Assembly: GCA_016699935.1 (NCBI GenBank)
Contig: CP064992.1
Location: 870,001-902,000 of the forward strand
Reading direction: 5' to 3'
Length of the DNA stretch: 32,000 nucleotides
Source: Candidatus Saccharimonadota bacterium
Lineage (GTDB): Bacteria; Patescibacteriota; Saccharimonadia; Saccharimonadales; UBA4665
Positions 1 to 9,751 of the stretch are shown here, in pieces. A program made the translations under genes and the position numbers. Numbering within the stretch: position 1 is the stretch's first letter; each line of letters begins with the position of its first letter. The notes below the pieces were generated by a model. It was not told where the DNA came from and searched no databases. It saw nothing but the letters and a program-made list of their open reading frames with translations.

Positions 1-659
1 GATGCAAACACAAAACCACTTCCGTCCACGATGCCACCGCAGCCGAGACCCTCGATTTTTACTACCGACGGCTCGATAGCGCGGAGCATGGCGGTGAAAC
101 TCTCAGGCTTAGGCAATGTATGCCGCGCATCTGGTGAAGGTTCTCTCCCAGCAAAAACCTCTGGGGATTGATTGGGGTCTATCAGCGAGTTGAGGCTTCG
201 GAGGAGAGTTGCAGCTGGGGGGAGTTCCCCGTTTAAGGTACCAAGGATATGCGAGTTTTTTAATTGAGCTTGGAGGCTGCTGGGTGGCGCTAGCGCGAAG
301 AGGGCGCTTGCTAACCAAATACCCAGCAGGAGCGTGACGACTGACATTGCAGCACCGATGACATTATCCATACGCTGCACGGTGTGATTACGTACGGCTA
401 GTTTGAGCCGAACTGCGAGTATTTCACCTACGGTCATGAACGCAAAACACGTAGTGAGCAGGACGGCCAAGCCTGCGAGTGGTTTAGAGGGTCCGCTCAC
501 GTGATCCATGGCGAGTGTAGATAGCCATGAACCCGGAAATAGCCCAATTATGAAAGCAATCGTCGAAACAAATTGCCGCAAAAAACCGATTTGATACCCG
601 CGTAGTAACGCTCCTATGGCAAGAAGTACAATGACAATATCGACAAGTGGTATATTCAT
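1..659 (-). CDS. CvpA-family membrane domain fused to a trypsin-like serine protease (MarP-like). Only the 5' part is present because the gene runs off the window start.
   Basis: Absent from the ORF track because there is no stop in the window. Manual translation from ATG 659..657 stays open to base 1: MNIPLVDIVIVLLAIGALLRGYQIGFLRQFVSTIAFIIGLF... (CvpA-like TM helices), then ...AMLRAIEPSVVKIEGLGCGGIVDGSGFVFA (start of a chymotrypsin-fold domain). Confidence 0.75.
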   Translation of the reverse strand, partial: MNIPLVDIVIVLLAIGALLRGYQIGFLRQFVSTIAFIIGLFPGSWLSTLAMDHVSGPSKPLAGLAVLLTTCFAFMTVGEILAVRLKLAVRNHTVQRMDNVIGAAMSVVTLLLGIWLASALFALAPPSSLQAQLKNSHILGTLNGELPPAATLLRSLNSLIDPNQSPEVFAGREPSPDARHTLPKPESFTAMLRAIEPSVVKIEGLGCGGIVDGSGFVFA

Positions 660-671
660 AACCGCTGACAC

Positions 672-1577
672 CTAGTGTAGCGCGTTTTTGGCAGTTTTGG
701 CAGAGCTTGCCCGAATAATCCGTTCTTTCGCGTGTAGACCAACGGCTAGAACAAATAACAACCCCAGAAACAGAATATAAGCTGCTCTGTCTACTAAACT
801 TGCTGCGACAATGTCGGATGTAGCGACGCCATGGATGCTTTGCGAAAATAGCAGGAAGGCTTCGCGGATACCTATACCATCTGGAGTTACCGAAACAAAC
901 AGCGCAAAGTTAGCTGCGCCCGTATATGACAGTGCTTGACCGAGTGAGACGTCGGTACCGCTGGCTCGAAGCGTTAGGTAAAACCTTACCGTTAGGAATA
1001 ATATTTGCAGTACGGTGAAGATGACAACGCCTGTCATGAGGGGTGCTGTGAGGATGAGGTGCTTTGATTCTGAGCTGTGTTTTTTTGAAATCGTATGAAT
1101 CACAAGAGCGCTTGATCCAACTGCGGCCATCACCGCCAGGGCTGTTTGCCACCATGGTCGTGTGCCGACTGCCAGGCAGAATGCGCTCAGTACTGCGAAG
1201 ACAGCATAGGCAACGAGGGTGACGAGTACGTACCGCTTGAGCGGTAGCCCGTGCTTAGCCTTCAAGTAGGCGGCGCGGACGCCTGGCCCGCTTTGCAAGG
1301 GTCCGAAAAAGTTCGCTATAGATGAATATATGGTTAGCAACATGTTTTCGGTAGCCGGAAGGCGGATGCCAACCATGCGGACGAGGACTTGGTACAGTCC
1401 GATGAGTGCAGCCATACCACCGATGTTTGCGAGCAGTATCGCAGCTAGCCAAGCTGGATTGGTTGCCTTGAGCTGCGTAATTTGATCGGGGTGAGTTTTA
1501 ATATACCAGATGAACGCGGCAATGGTTGCCAGCAGAACCGTACCGACTGCCCAGCTTCGCACCATTCGCTTATTCAT
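672..1577 (-). CDS. Polytopic membrane protein, flippase-like / lysyl-PG-synthase TM-region (UPF0104-like)
   Basis: Intact 301-aa ORF that is hydrophobic throughout with multiple TM helices. It is adjacent to GT-C and GT2 glycosyltransferases. A gatact box lies 5 nt upstream of the ATG. Confidence 0.55.
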   Translation of the reverse strand: MNKRMVRSWAVGTVLLATIAAFIWYIKTHPDQITQLKATNPAWLAAILLANIGGMAALIGLYQVLVRMVGIRLPATENMLLTIYSSIANFFGPLQSGPGVRAAYLKAKHGLPLKRYVLVTLVAYAVFAVLSAFCLAVGTRPWWQTALAVMAAVGSSALVIHTISKKHSSESKHLILTAPLMTGVVIFTVLQILFLTVRFYLTLRASGTDVSLGQALSYTGAANFALFVSVTPDGIGIREAFLLFSQSIHGVATSDIVAASLVDRAAYILFLGLLFVLAVGLHAKERIIRASSAKTAKNALH

Positions 1578-1622
1578 ATGCTAGTATCGTACCACTGCTT
1601 GACTGCGCTATACTACCTTGGA

Positions 1623-3127
1623 ATGAAGAAAAACCGTACCAAGCAGTTCCCCGAGGTTGTCGTGACCCTAGTCGCATCTTCGTGGTTTTGGCGGATCATG
1701 CTTGGGCTGTTTATTGTGCAAGCAGTCTACATTGCTCTTGTGGGGCGGTTTTCGATGGCGTTTGATGAGCATTTTCGTTTGGCCGCTATCCAAGAATATG
1801 CCAAAGTACTATTCCCCTGGCAGGTGACGCAGCCGCCAGGTCCAGCCGAACTGAGCGCGTTTACCGCAGATGGCTCGTACCTCTACCACTACCTGATGAG
1901 CTGGCCATATCGGTTGATGACGCTTGTGACTAGTTCGACGACCGCACACATTGTCATGATGCGACTTATCGATGTTGGGCTGGTCGTAGCAGGCTTTATG
2001 GTGTTTCGTCGTCTACTTTTTGAACTGCGGGTGAGTAAGGCTGCGGCACAGGTTATTCTGGGGCTCATACTGCTCATGCCAATGACGCCTTTTTTGGCAG
2101 GACAGCTCACCTACGATGCATTGTTTTTCACCATGTGTGCCGTAACCATGTTGCTGCTATTTCGCCTTGCACGCATGCTCTACGGGTCGCATATGATTCC
2201 GTTGCCGCTCATGCTTTGGACGGGTACAGCCGTGTTAGTGACACTCCAGATAAAGTACGCGTTTTTCCCGGCTGTGCTGGGGGCGGTGCTGTATATGACT
2301 AGTTTGGTTATTTGGTTATGCAGAGCGAAAAAGCTTTCCGTGGCGCGTATGTGGAAACTATGGATTGTGTCGGCAAAAAGTGGTGCCGGCATGGTTGCAT
2401 TAGGGGTGTTTCTGCTTTGCGGCGTATTGTTTGTGCAGCGCTATGGGATGAACTATCTTCAGTATGGCAGTCTGGTTCCGGAGTGCCCTGCTGTGCTTGG
2501 ACACGAGCGGTGCCTGGGCTTTGCGCCGTACGGGCGTGACGCAGAGATTCGTGAAATGGGTTGGTATAGCTCAATATCTTCTGAGCAAAAAGTTGAGTAT
2601 GTAAAGGTTTGGTATGAAAAAATGGTGTATGAATCGTATTTTTCGGTCGGGCCGAAAGAGATTGCGTATCCTACGGCTGATCCACTCCACGTTCCTTACG
2701 TCACTGGCAGGGTGCTTGCCGCGCTGGCGGTTGCTATCATCGTCATTCGCATACCGTGGATATTACGGAGTGGCGTGTATGCTCAGCTCGCATTCGCAGT
2801 ATTAGCTACCTATACCGCATTTCTCTTTTGAAAAACTACGGTGCATTTCTATCAACTGCGGTACCACTTTCTATTCACGGCCGCTATATGCTGCCCTTTT
2901 TGCCCTTAGCAGGGTACCTTGTTTACGTGGGCGTGCAACCATTTTTGCGGCGAGCAGTTGTACGAAAGGTAGTGACATTGGTGATAGGTCTGCTGTTGGT
3001 GGGGAGTCTGTGGGGCGGTGGTATGACTGCGTACATTATCCGCTCATCAGACGCTTGGTATTGGCCGAGCGCTCAGGGTGTAAGCCGAGACGTGCGAAGT
3101 GTGCTGTGGCCCTTCGTTATCCGTTAG
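1623..3127 (+). CDS. GT-C fold membrane glycosyltransferase (PMT/ArnT-like), with one frameshift near 2826-2835
   Basis: ORFs 1482..2831 and 2756..3127 join across a T4/A5 run. The likely start is ATG 1623 (MKKNRTKQF), with TATACT 8 nt upstream. The first loop carries a DE motif (AFDEHFRLAAIQEY). The protein has many TM helices, and the C-terminal part reads NYGAFLSTAVPLSIHGRYMLPFLPL. Confidence 0.6.
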
Positions 3128-4089
3128 TTGCGGGGGTAGCGGAGGCGTTTGACGTCTTCGTAGGTTTTTTTTCGTTGGTGCCTTGCAGACGTACCAGCAT
3201 GTCGGCAACGAGACCAAGTGACCAAAAGAATATACCGAGGGTCGTCAGGTATAGACCGGCGATGCCGAAGGCCTTATAGGGTGTTATAGTGCCAGTTTGT
3301 ACCCAGTGCCAACCGGCAATGATGATACCGAGCATACCCACGGCAAATGGGATGAAGCCAACAGAGAAGAAAAAGCGCAATGGGGCGAAATCGCGGTAGG
3401 CGCGGAGAATGTTCAGGCTACTTATGGCGATGTAGCTGACAAGGCTTTTCACGACGCGAGACTTTCGGCCTTTGAAGTAGGTAACATGAGTCGGGATTGT
3501 GCGAATACGCATGCGTTTGGCGGCAATGATCTGGAACGACTCCTGGGTGTAGGTGTGGGTGCTGTTGAGATTGAGCGCAAAAAGGGCGCGGCGATTGTAA
3601 GCACGAAAACCACAGGTAACGTCATTGAAACGTTGCTTGAGAAATTACTGACCACACGGGCGCCTAACTTGTTGCCGTAGTACTTGCCTGCTGGCATGTT
3701 TTCTGGCCGACGTTGCTCGCCAGTCGCAGGGTCGGTAAAACGGTCTGCTGCAACGAAATCAGCCTCACCAGCGATGACCGGTCCAGCGATGTTCGGGATG
3801 TCTTCTGGGCGGAATTGAGGTCGCCGTCGATGTTTACGAGCACGTCAGCCCCGCGCTCTAGGGCGATATCTATGACTTCACGGAACCGGAAAGCGAGTCC
3901 CTTCCTGCGCCGTCACTGTAGACGATAGCGCCAGATTTTAGCCTTTTCGGCCGTTCCGTCCGTGCTGCCATCGTCGACGATGCAAATATCGAGCTCGCTA
4001 ATACCATCGTACTTTTTAGGGATGCGCTTGACAAGCTCGGCAATCGTCTCGGCCTCGTTTTTACATATAGAAACAACGACTAATTTCAT
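3117..4089 (-). pseudogene. GT2 glycosyltransferase (polyprenyl-phosphate sugar synthase, GtrB/DPM1-like), with at least 3 frameshifts as assembled
   Basis: N-terminus is MKLVVVSICKNEAETIAELVKRIPKKYDGISELDICIVDDGSTDGT, with SD agaggag upstream of ATG 4089. The middle fragments lie in other frames (..VNIDGDLQFRPEDIP..). The C-terminal ORF 3117..3512 has two TM helices typical of GtrB-like enzymes. Confidence 0.75.
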
Positions 4090-4161
4090 GGATACTCCTC
4101 TGCTGCTCTTTATCATATCACCGACAGTAGTAAAATGTGCCGACATTTTTTGGGGAATTTT

Positions 4162-4189
4162 AAAAAGCACTCCCGGAGGAGTGCTTTTT
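4162..4189. terminator. Bidirectional intrinsic terminator downstream of the RRM protein gene
   Basis: aaaaa-gcactcc-cgga-ggagtgc-ttttt: a perfect 7-bp GC-rich stem flanked by A5 and T5. Confidence 0.65.
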
Positions 4190-4203
4190 GTTGCCGTTCG
4201 TTA

Positions 4204-4467
4204 TTAGCGGCGGTTGTCTTCGCGTGGGCGAGCTTCGTTGACCACAATATTGCGGCCATTCATTTCGCTGCCGTCCAACTTAGCGATAGCGGCTTTCGCA
4301 GCAGCATCATCTTCGAACTCAACGAAACCAAAGCCCTTAGAGCGGTTGGTGTCGCGGTCTATGATGACCTTGCTGTAAGCCACTTCACCGAATTCGCTGA
4401 AGAGGTCTTTTAGTTGTTGGTCGTCGATTGCCCACGGCAGTGAGCCGACAAATAGTTTGGTTGCCAT
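4204..4467 (-). CDS. RRM-type RNA-binding protein (RNP-1/RNP-2 motifs)
   Basis: RNP-2 is KLFVGSL and RNP-1 is KGFGFVEF. This is an 87-aa single-RRM protein with a short basic tail. Confidence 0.9.
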   Translation of the reverse strand: MATKLFVGSLPWAIDDQQLKDLFSEFGEVAYSKVIIDRDTNRSKGFGFVEFEDDAAAKAAIAKLDGSEMNGRNIVVNEARPREDNRR

Positions 4468-4702
4468 TAAATGGAACCCTTTCTTTCGGTTGTCGCTGAA
4501 GGTAATCCCGAAAGAACGGTCTTAGCTGCGCCTTGCATCGAACATAACTTATTAATCTTTCTAGAACCTGAATTGCCGGGCTTATGACCGGCCACCCCTT
4601 TTTCGCAGCCTTCTAGTACTGGTGAGCATAGCATTATTTACGACAGAATACAATGAGATTTGTTTACTAGAACGGTTTAATGCGTAAGCCCATACTACAG
4701 AT

Positions 4703-4948
4703 ATGGATGTAAACTCACTCACACAAGACCTAACCAATAATGTGACCTCAAATGTCTCAGATTCACTTGTCGCCTGGGTACTGGTGCCCTCCATCATCAT
4801 CACGGTACTGTTCCTTGTAGTGTTTATTGGGAGTATCATTCGCCGCCGCCACATCGAAAACGCCATCTTCGAAATCCGCAACATCCTGGGCGAGATGCGC
4901 GATGCGCAAATATCATCCGCGCTTGAGGCGACTGAGCGGCCTAAGTAA
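4703..4948 (+). CDS. Small single-pass membrane protein, hypothetical
   Basis: 81-aa ORF with one clear TM helix (LVAWVLVPSIIITVLFLVVFIGSII) followed by RRRH. A catact box lies 6 nt upstream of the ATG. Confidence 0.45.
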   Translation: MDVNSLTQDLTNNVTSNVSDSLVAWVLVPSIIITVLFLVVFIGSIIRRRHIENAIFEIRNILGEMRDAQISSALEATERPK

Positions 4949-5193
4949 CCCGTCAGCCAATCATAATTGTATTCTGCTCTATTTCATGAGAACTGGGAGC
5001 GACTGATAGAATATAACCAAAACAAAAAGCGTAACCAAGCCACCGCTTACCAGTCGTTCTTTGGGAATACGGTTGAAGTGCGCAACGAGATTGTGTGGCG
5101 GTGTAATTCCATGGTCGCAAAAGTTGTTACACTAAAGTTAGCATAACTGTTTAAAAGATTCTGTAAAAATTTTCTCAGCAAAGCATAAGGCTT

Positions 5194-5457
5194 GTGGTGT
5201 ATAGTGCAAGTAATGCGCATGACAAGCTGCCGGTGCGCCCACGTAAACTAACGATCGTCGAAAGGAACTCTCGCCCTATGAAACGATTACCACATATCAA
5301 ACAGCTTAAACGGCTCAACATTCTCCATCGCCCTACCGCTGTTCAAGACCTTACATCCGAAATCGGAAGCGAAGATTACAATGACACATGGCTGTTTGAA
5401 GCCGAGAAACTCGAAATCAAACGCCTCCGTCGCTTCCGCCAGCAACTGGCATCCTAG
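5194..5457 (+). CDS. Small basic hypothetical protein (start uncertain; internal ATG at 5278 has an aaaggaa SD)
   Basis: ORF only; I recognise no family. Confidence 0.25.
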   Translation: MVYSASNAHDKLPVRPRKLTIVERNSRPMKRLPHIKQLKRLNILHRPTAVQDLTSEIGSEDYNDTWLFEAEKLEIKRLRRFRQQLAS

Positions 5458-5500
5458 AAGGACCTGTCTCGCCGTTTTGTAGTATCCAAATGCTACAGTT

Positions 5501-6170
5501 TCAGATCTCTTTTGCCTTGTCTACTAAGCTTTGACCGCCACGCTCTAGCCAGCGATCATAGGTCGGGCTTGACGCCGCGTTTCTTTCGCGCCACATATTG
5601 AAGGCGTCTCGGCTATAGATGACAGTTTGGGTGTCGCGTAAGCCCTTGCCGGTAAATACACTATTGGCAGCACCAGGGCCACCATTGTATCCAGCGGCCA
5701 TGAGCTCGGTCGTTTGTAGCCACGACGGTCCTTGGTCGGGCAAACAAAATTCATTTCGTAAATATGCCAAATAGGCTGTACCAAATTCGATATTGGTTGC
5801 AGGGTCCCAAATGTCATAATTGTTTTTGGGAGTTTTGAGATGTTTTTGGCTATTTCCTGCGCCGTAGCTGGAGTAATTTGCATGAGCCCTTCAGCTTGGC
5901 CACTGTCGGCTTTACGGTAACCGCCCGACTCCAGCGTCATAATAATGGCGATAAAATTGGGGTCGATATTGTATGTTTCTCCCATTTGGTTGATGGTTGA
6001 TTGCCAATGTTTAACTGTTTTGGGTAACCACGGCGCTGTTATGCCTGCTTCGTTATACACCACTCCGACTTGATGATTATGCATTTGCACCGTACTCCCC
6101 AGGCCAACCCTACCAAAACAGCTCCAGCCGCGAAGGACAAAAGCTGCTTTTTTGTAACTGCTATCTTCAT
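5501..6170 (-). CDS. Lytic transglycosylase (SLT domain) with an N-terminal membrane anchor; about 2 frameshifts
   Basis: SLT motifs are present: IMTLESGGY...AEGLMQITPATAQEI, then (in the other frame) AYLRNEF...ELMAAGYNGGPGAA. An N-terminal anchor MKIAVTKKQLLSFAAGAVLVGLAWG starts at ATG 6170 in a third frame. Confidence 0.75.
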
Positions 6171-6241
6171 AACCCTATAATATCACTTCGACCTAGCTTC
6201 AAACATCGTTACTTGACATGTAATCTTGCCAGCTTTTCTCG

Positions 6242-6247
6242 TATAAT
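6242..6247 (+). promoter_or_regulatory. -10-like TATAAT, 6 nt upstream of the EamA ATG (leaderless-type arrangement)
   Basis: cttgccagcttttctcgTATAATtgggtgATG. It is near-identical in layout to the purC upstream region. Confidence 0.45.
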
Positions 6248-6253
6248 TGGGTG

Positions 6254-7107
6254 ATGAATTGGGTCACCTGGTCTTTGATAATGTTTGGTTCTTCGGTCGG
6301 GTTGTATCTGGTGGTACGAAAATCAGCGCTCAGCGGTGTGCCAGAGGCCTACACGAATCTGGCCATGTTTGCACTGCCACTTTTTGTCTATACTGGCCTA
6401 GCTTTAGAACAACAGACAACATTTGATATGTCAGCCTGGCAACTCGGCCTAATCGTGGTTGCTGCAATCGTTTTTGCTTACGGCGGTAATACTACTTCCT
6501 GCGAGCCATCCGAATCGCGCCTAACCCTGGTTATAGTCTGGTCTTATCAAAGAGCTATGTTTTGTTTACGACGCTTTTTGCGGTACTTTTTTGCAGGCAG
6601 AATTGTCGGCGCGTAAGGCGCTGGCTATCGGTTTGATTGTAGCGTTTTCTGCCCTAATTATGGTCGACCGTAAGCACGCAAAACACGTGCCAAATCATCG
6701 ATGGGTGCGTCTGTCGCTAGCATCATTCTTTGCCTGGGGCATGCTATCGATCAGCTCAAAATATCTGTTTTCATCGGTCTGGCGACACTGGCATTTCTAG
6801 TCGTGCTGTATGCGATTGTCACCTATGCATCTTCGCTACCAATTACCGCGAAGTGAAGAAAATCGCTGGACTGCATAGAAATTTCACTTGGTTATTGCTA
6901 GCAACAGGGGTGTTTTCGACACTTTTAACCTGGGGCAATTTGAAGCAATTCGTTTGGCGCCAAATTTGGGCTATGTCAATGCGATCAATGCTGCTTCAAT
7001 ATCAGCTGTAACTATCTTGGCTGTTGTGCTTTTAAGGACGAGCTAACACGCCGAAAAGCGTTTGGGGTTTTTGTGTCACTGCTGCCCTAATTTTGCTTAT
7101 CGTTTAA
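6254..7107 (+). pseudogene. EamA/DMT-family transporter, with at least 3 frameshifts as assembled
   Basis: ORFs 6251..6616, 6591..6800 and 6730..7011, plus a tail ending VTAALILLIV*, are all hydrophobic TM segments that join into a roughly 280-aa 10-TM protein. Confidence 0.6.
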
Positions 7108-7245
7108 TCGCGGCGCACACCCCGACAGTAAGGTCGTAGGAAGTTTAATTGAGGGACTTGGGAGAGTGGCAAAAAGGATGCAAACATTCACCTGGCCAGC
7201 TAATTCTCAGCTTGTTTTCAGAGAGTTGAGCAAATATACAAGCAT

Positions 7246-8544
7246 ATGACAGAAAATATCAAAAGACGTTGGCTAGTTGGGCTAATGGTGGTGAGCATGC
7301 TACCACTGCCCTTCTTTGTGAAGATGCCTACCTGGAGCATTTCATCGTCGGTGTGGTTATATGTCTCGGCGGTTGCTGGATATATCGGCCTAGTCATGTT
7401 GCTCTGGATGTATATACTCGGGACAAAAACGGTTATGGGGCTGTATTTTCGTGATCTTGCGCCAGTTCTGAGTATCCACAAATGGCTGGGTAAATACGGA
7501 ACGTTACTGATATTTCTCCATCCGTTGGCGGTCGCTTTTTCGTACGGTGGGGAGATTGTAGACTATATTATCAAGCCGAACCTTGCTATGAGTTTTGAGC
7601 GGAGCGTGACATGGGGGCGGTTTGCGCTATATGCGCTTGGAATAGTCTGGCTGACCTCAGCTCTGGTGCGCGGTCGAATTGCCTTTCGGCCCTGGAAGTA
7701 TATCCATTATTTAGCGTACCTAGCATTGCCACTGGCGTTGGTACATGTGCCTAGTATTGGTAGCTCGTACCGTGCGCTAGATGCACCTAGAATATATTTT
7801 ATTAGTGTACTGTTTCTGCTGGTTCTCTTCAGCATATTACGGCTGCGGCACCTTTTTAGGCTGGGGCGAGCGAAATATAGTGTTACGAAACATACCGAAA
7901 TATCACCAAATGTCTGGCTGATTGCCCTCAAACCGACTGGCCGAATTCTGACGCCTCGAAGGGGTCAGTATGTTTACCTACAATGGTCGCTACTGGGTGA
8001 AGAGCATCCGTTTAGCGTGCTACAAACGGATTCTGAAACGGGCGAACTGACCATTGCCTACAAAACGCGCGGGTTGTGGACGCGTAAACTAACCGCACTA
8101 AGGGACGGCGATGAGCTCTTTCTCGATGGTTCGTACGGCGAGTTTATGAGCGACATTTCACTTGGGAACACCAAACCAACGGTGTTTATTGCGGCTGGGA
8201 TTGGTATAACGCCTTTTGTCGAGCAGTTGCTAGCTGCGTCCAAGAGCGAACAGTGGCTGTTCTATGCAAACCAACGGCCAGAATCTGCTACATTTCATCG
8301 CCAGTTTCGTCAACGTCTAGGGGACCGTTATGTCTCTATTTTCAGTCGAGTCGATACCCCCGCCAGCTTCTGTGATGAACGCGGCCATATGAGAGGTGAT
8401 GTCATTGCGAAATATCTAACTAGTCCTGCTGATTACCACTTCTACATATGCGGCAGCGAAGGTTTCATGCATACCGCTGAAACTTCGTTGCAGCAACTGG
8501 GTATCCCCTCAACCCAAATCCACACCGAAGCCTTCGGCTGGTAG
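7246..8544 (+). CDS. NOX-family flavocytochrome: ferric-reductase-like bis-heme TM domain plus FAD/NAD(P)H-binding dehydrogenase domain
   Basis: Intact 432 aa. There are two His pairs in TM helices: HKWLGKYGTLLIFLH (His residues 14 positions apart) and HYLAYLALPLALVH (13 positions apart). FAD motif HPFS, nucleotide-binding motif AAGIGITPF, and C-terminal YICGSEGF are present. Confidence 0.85.
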   Translation: MTENIKRRWLVGLMVVSMLPLPFFVKMPTWSISSSVWLYVSAVAGYIGLVMLLWMYILGTKTVMGLYFRDLAPVLSIHKWLGKYGTLLIFLHPLAVAFSYGGEIVDYIIKPNLAMSFERSVTWGRFALYALGIVWLTSALVRGRIAFRPWKYIHYLAYLALPLALVHVPSIGSSYRALDAPRIYFISVLFLLVLFSILRLRHLFRLGRAKYSVTKHTEISPNVWLIALKPTGRILTPRRGQYVYLQWSLLGEEHPFSVLQTDSETGELTIAYKTRGLWTRKLTALRDGDELFLDGSYGEFMSDISLGNTKPTVFIAAGIGITPFVEQLLAASKSEQWLFYANQRPESATFHRQFRQRLGDRYVSIFSRVDTPASFCDERGHMRGDVIAKYLTSPADYHFYICGSEGFMHTAETSLQQLGIPSTQIHTEAFGW

Positions 8545-8570
8545 CTATCGCTGTTAAGTCGTTGTATACT

Positions 8571-8795
8571 ATGATTATGAAACAGTCAACATACCAAACA
8601 GTTGTATATCAGGAAGGCAGCTACTATGTGGCGCAGTGTTTGAACGTCGATGTCTCTAGCTTCGGCACATCGCCAGATGAGGCACTTTTAAACCTTCACG
8701 AAGCACTCGAGCTATATTTTGAAGATACAACAACCTCTATGGCTTCTGATGTGAAAACACCCTCATTGCACACGCTTCGTTTGAATCATGCCTAA
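8571..8795 (+). CDS. hicB: HicB-family antitoxin
   Basis: ..YQTVVYQEGSYYVAQCLNVDVSSFGTSPDEALLNLHEALELYFED matches the HicB N-terminal fold pattern. TATACT at 8565-8570 suggests ATG 8577 may be the true leaderless start. Confidence 0.75.
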   Translation: MIMKQSTYQTVVYQEGSYYVAQCLNVDVSSFGTSPDEALLNLHEALELYFEDTTTSMASDVKTPSLHTLRLNHA

Positions 8796-8988
8796 ACTCC
8801 CCTCCTCGAAACAAATTATCCGCACACTTGAACGGCAAGGCTTTGTCTTTGTTTCACAGCGCGGAAGCCATGCAAAGTATCGGCTAGGTCAGCACACGGT
8901 CATTGTACCGAGCCCGCGCAAGGAAATTCCACTTGGCACCTTTCGTTCAATCGTCCGTCAATCCGGCCTAAGTGCAGAAGATTTCTAG
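8788..8988 (+). CDS. hicA: HicA-family mRNA interferase toxin
   Basis: MPKLPSSKQIIRTLERQGFVFVSQRGSHAKYR... is the YcfA/HicA signature. It overlaps hicB by 8 nt. Confidence 0.85.
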   Translation: MPKLPSSKQIIRTLERQGFVFVSQRGSHAKYRLGQHTVIVPSPRKEIPLGTFRSIVRQSGLSAEDF

Positions 8989-8999
8989 CAGTAGTTTCG

Positions 9000-9745
9000 T
9001 CAGCGAAGCGGGCTTTCACTGCGTATTTTCTTTTGCCAGCCAGCATCGACTACAATAGTTTGAGCAGTTATATGTGGTGTTTCAGCCAAAAATAAAAAGG
9101 TTTTGCCGATTTCTTCAGCCGCAACCCATTCTTTCAGTAGAGTCATGTCAAGACTTTTGGGCGTACTCAGGACTTACCCCGTTCCACGCGGGTGTTTTTG
9201 TTGTACCAGGAGCCACAGCATTACAGCGGATGCGTGGTGCCAATTTTTCGGCGAGCGATTGGGTTAGGGCTGATGATCGCCGCTTTCCCCGCGGAATAAA
9301 GTGGCAGTACAGGGCTTGCGCCGTAGGACAATCCGTAAATTGAACTCGTAAACAAGATGCTTCCGCCGTCATTGATACTTGACTCAAACTCTTGTGCGCA
9401 CAAGGCTGCACTTGCAGAAGTTATGGGTGAGGCTAGTGAGTATGTCAGAAGCGGTCCACTCGCCAAAAGGTTTTTCGTCTGGCATGCCAGCATTGCACAC
9501 CAGTACGTCGATATTGCGATTGCCAAGTGCCTTACGAAGATCATGAATTCCTGTTTCTGTGAATATGTCTGCCTGGACGGTTTCTACTTTGACGCCGCAT
9601 TTTTGGTAGCAACTGCCGTAGCTTCAGCTGCGACCGTGTCGGATAGAAAATTTAGAATGATATCGTAACCTGCCTCGGCAAAAGCATGCGCTGTCGCTGC
9701 GCCGATACCTTTGGCCGCCCCGGTGATTACTGCTAGTTTAGCCAT
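9000..9745 (-). pseudogene. Short-chain dehydrogenase/reductase (FabG-like), with at least 4 frameshifts as assembled
   Basis: N-terminus is MAKLAVITGAAKGIGAATAHAFAEAGYDIILN (TGxxxGIG). Middle fragments include ..NAGM.. and ..YSAGKAA.. (the YxxxK motif). The C-terminus is ITAQTIVVDAGW. The pieces are scattered over three frames. Confidence 0.75.
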
Positions 9746-9751
9746 GGATTT

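Noticed and set aside
109-318. Track ORF 109..318 (-), plus many other short or antisense track ORFs (for example 910..1155, 13017..13421, 13455..13781, 23677..24147, 26527..26883, 27655..27936).
   Set aside because: They overlap stronger, family-recognisable genes in another frame or on the opposite strand. They have skewed low-complexity composition (Arg/Ser/Pro-rich) and no start context.
4950-5190. A possible small RNA or small membrane ORF in the 240-nt gap after the 81-aa TM ORF.
   Set aside because: I found only a weak 6-bp long-range pairing and a roughly 55-codon minus-strand ORF without start context. Nothing here is supportable from sequence alone.
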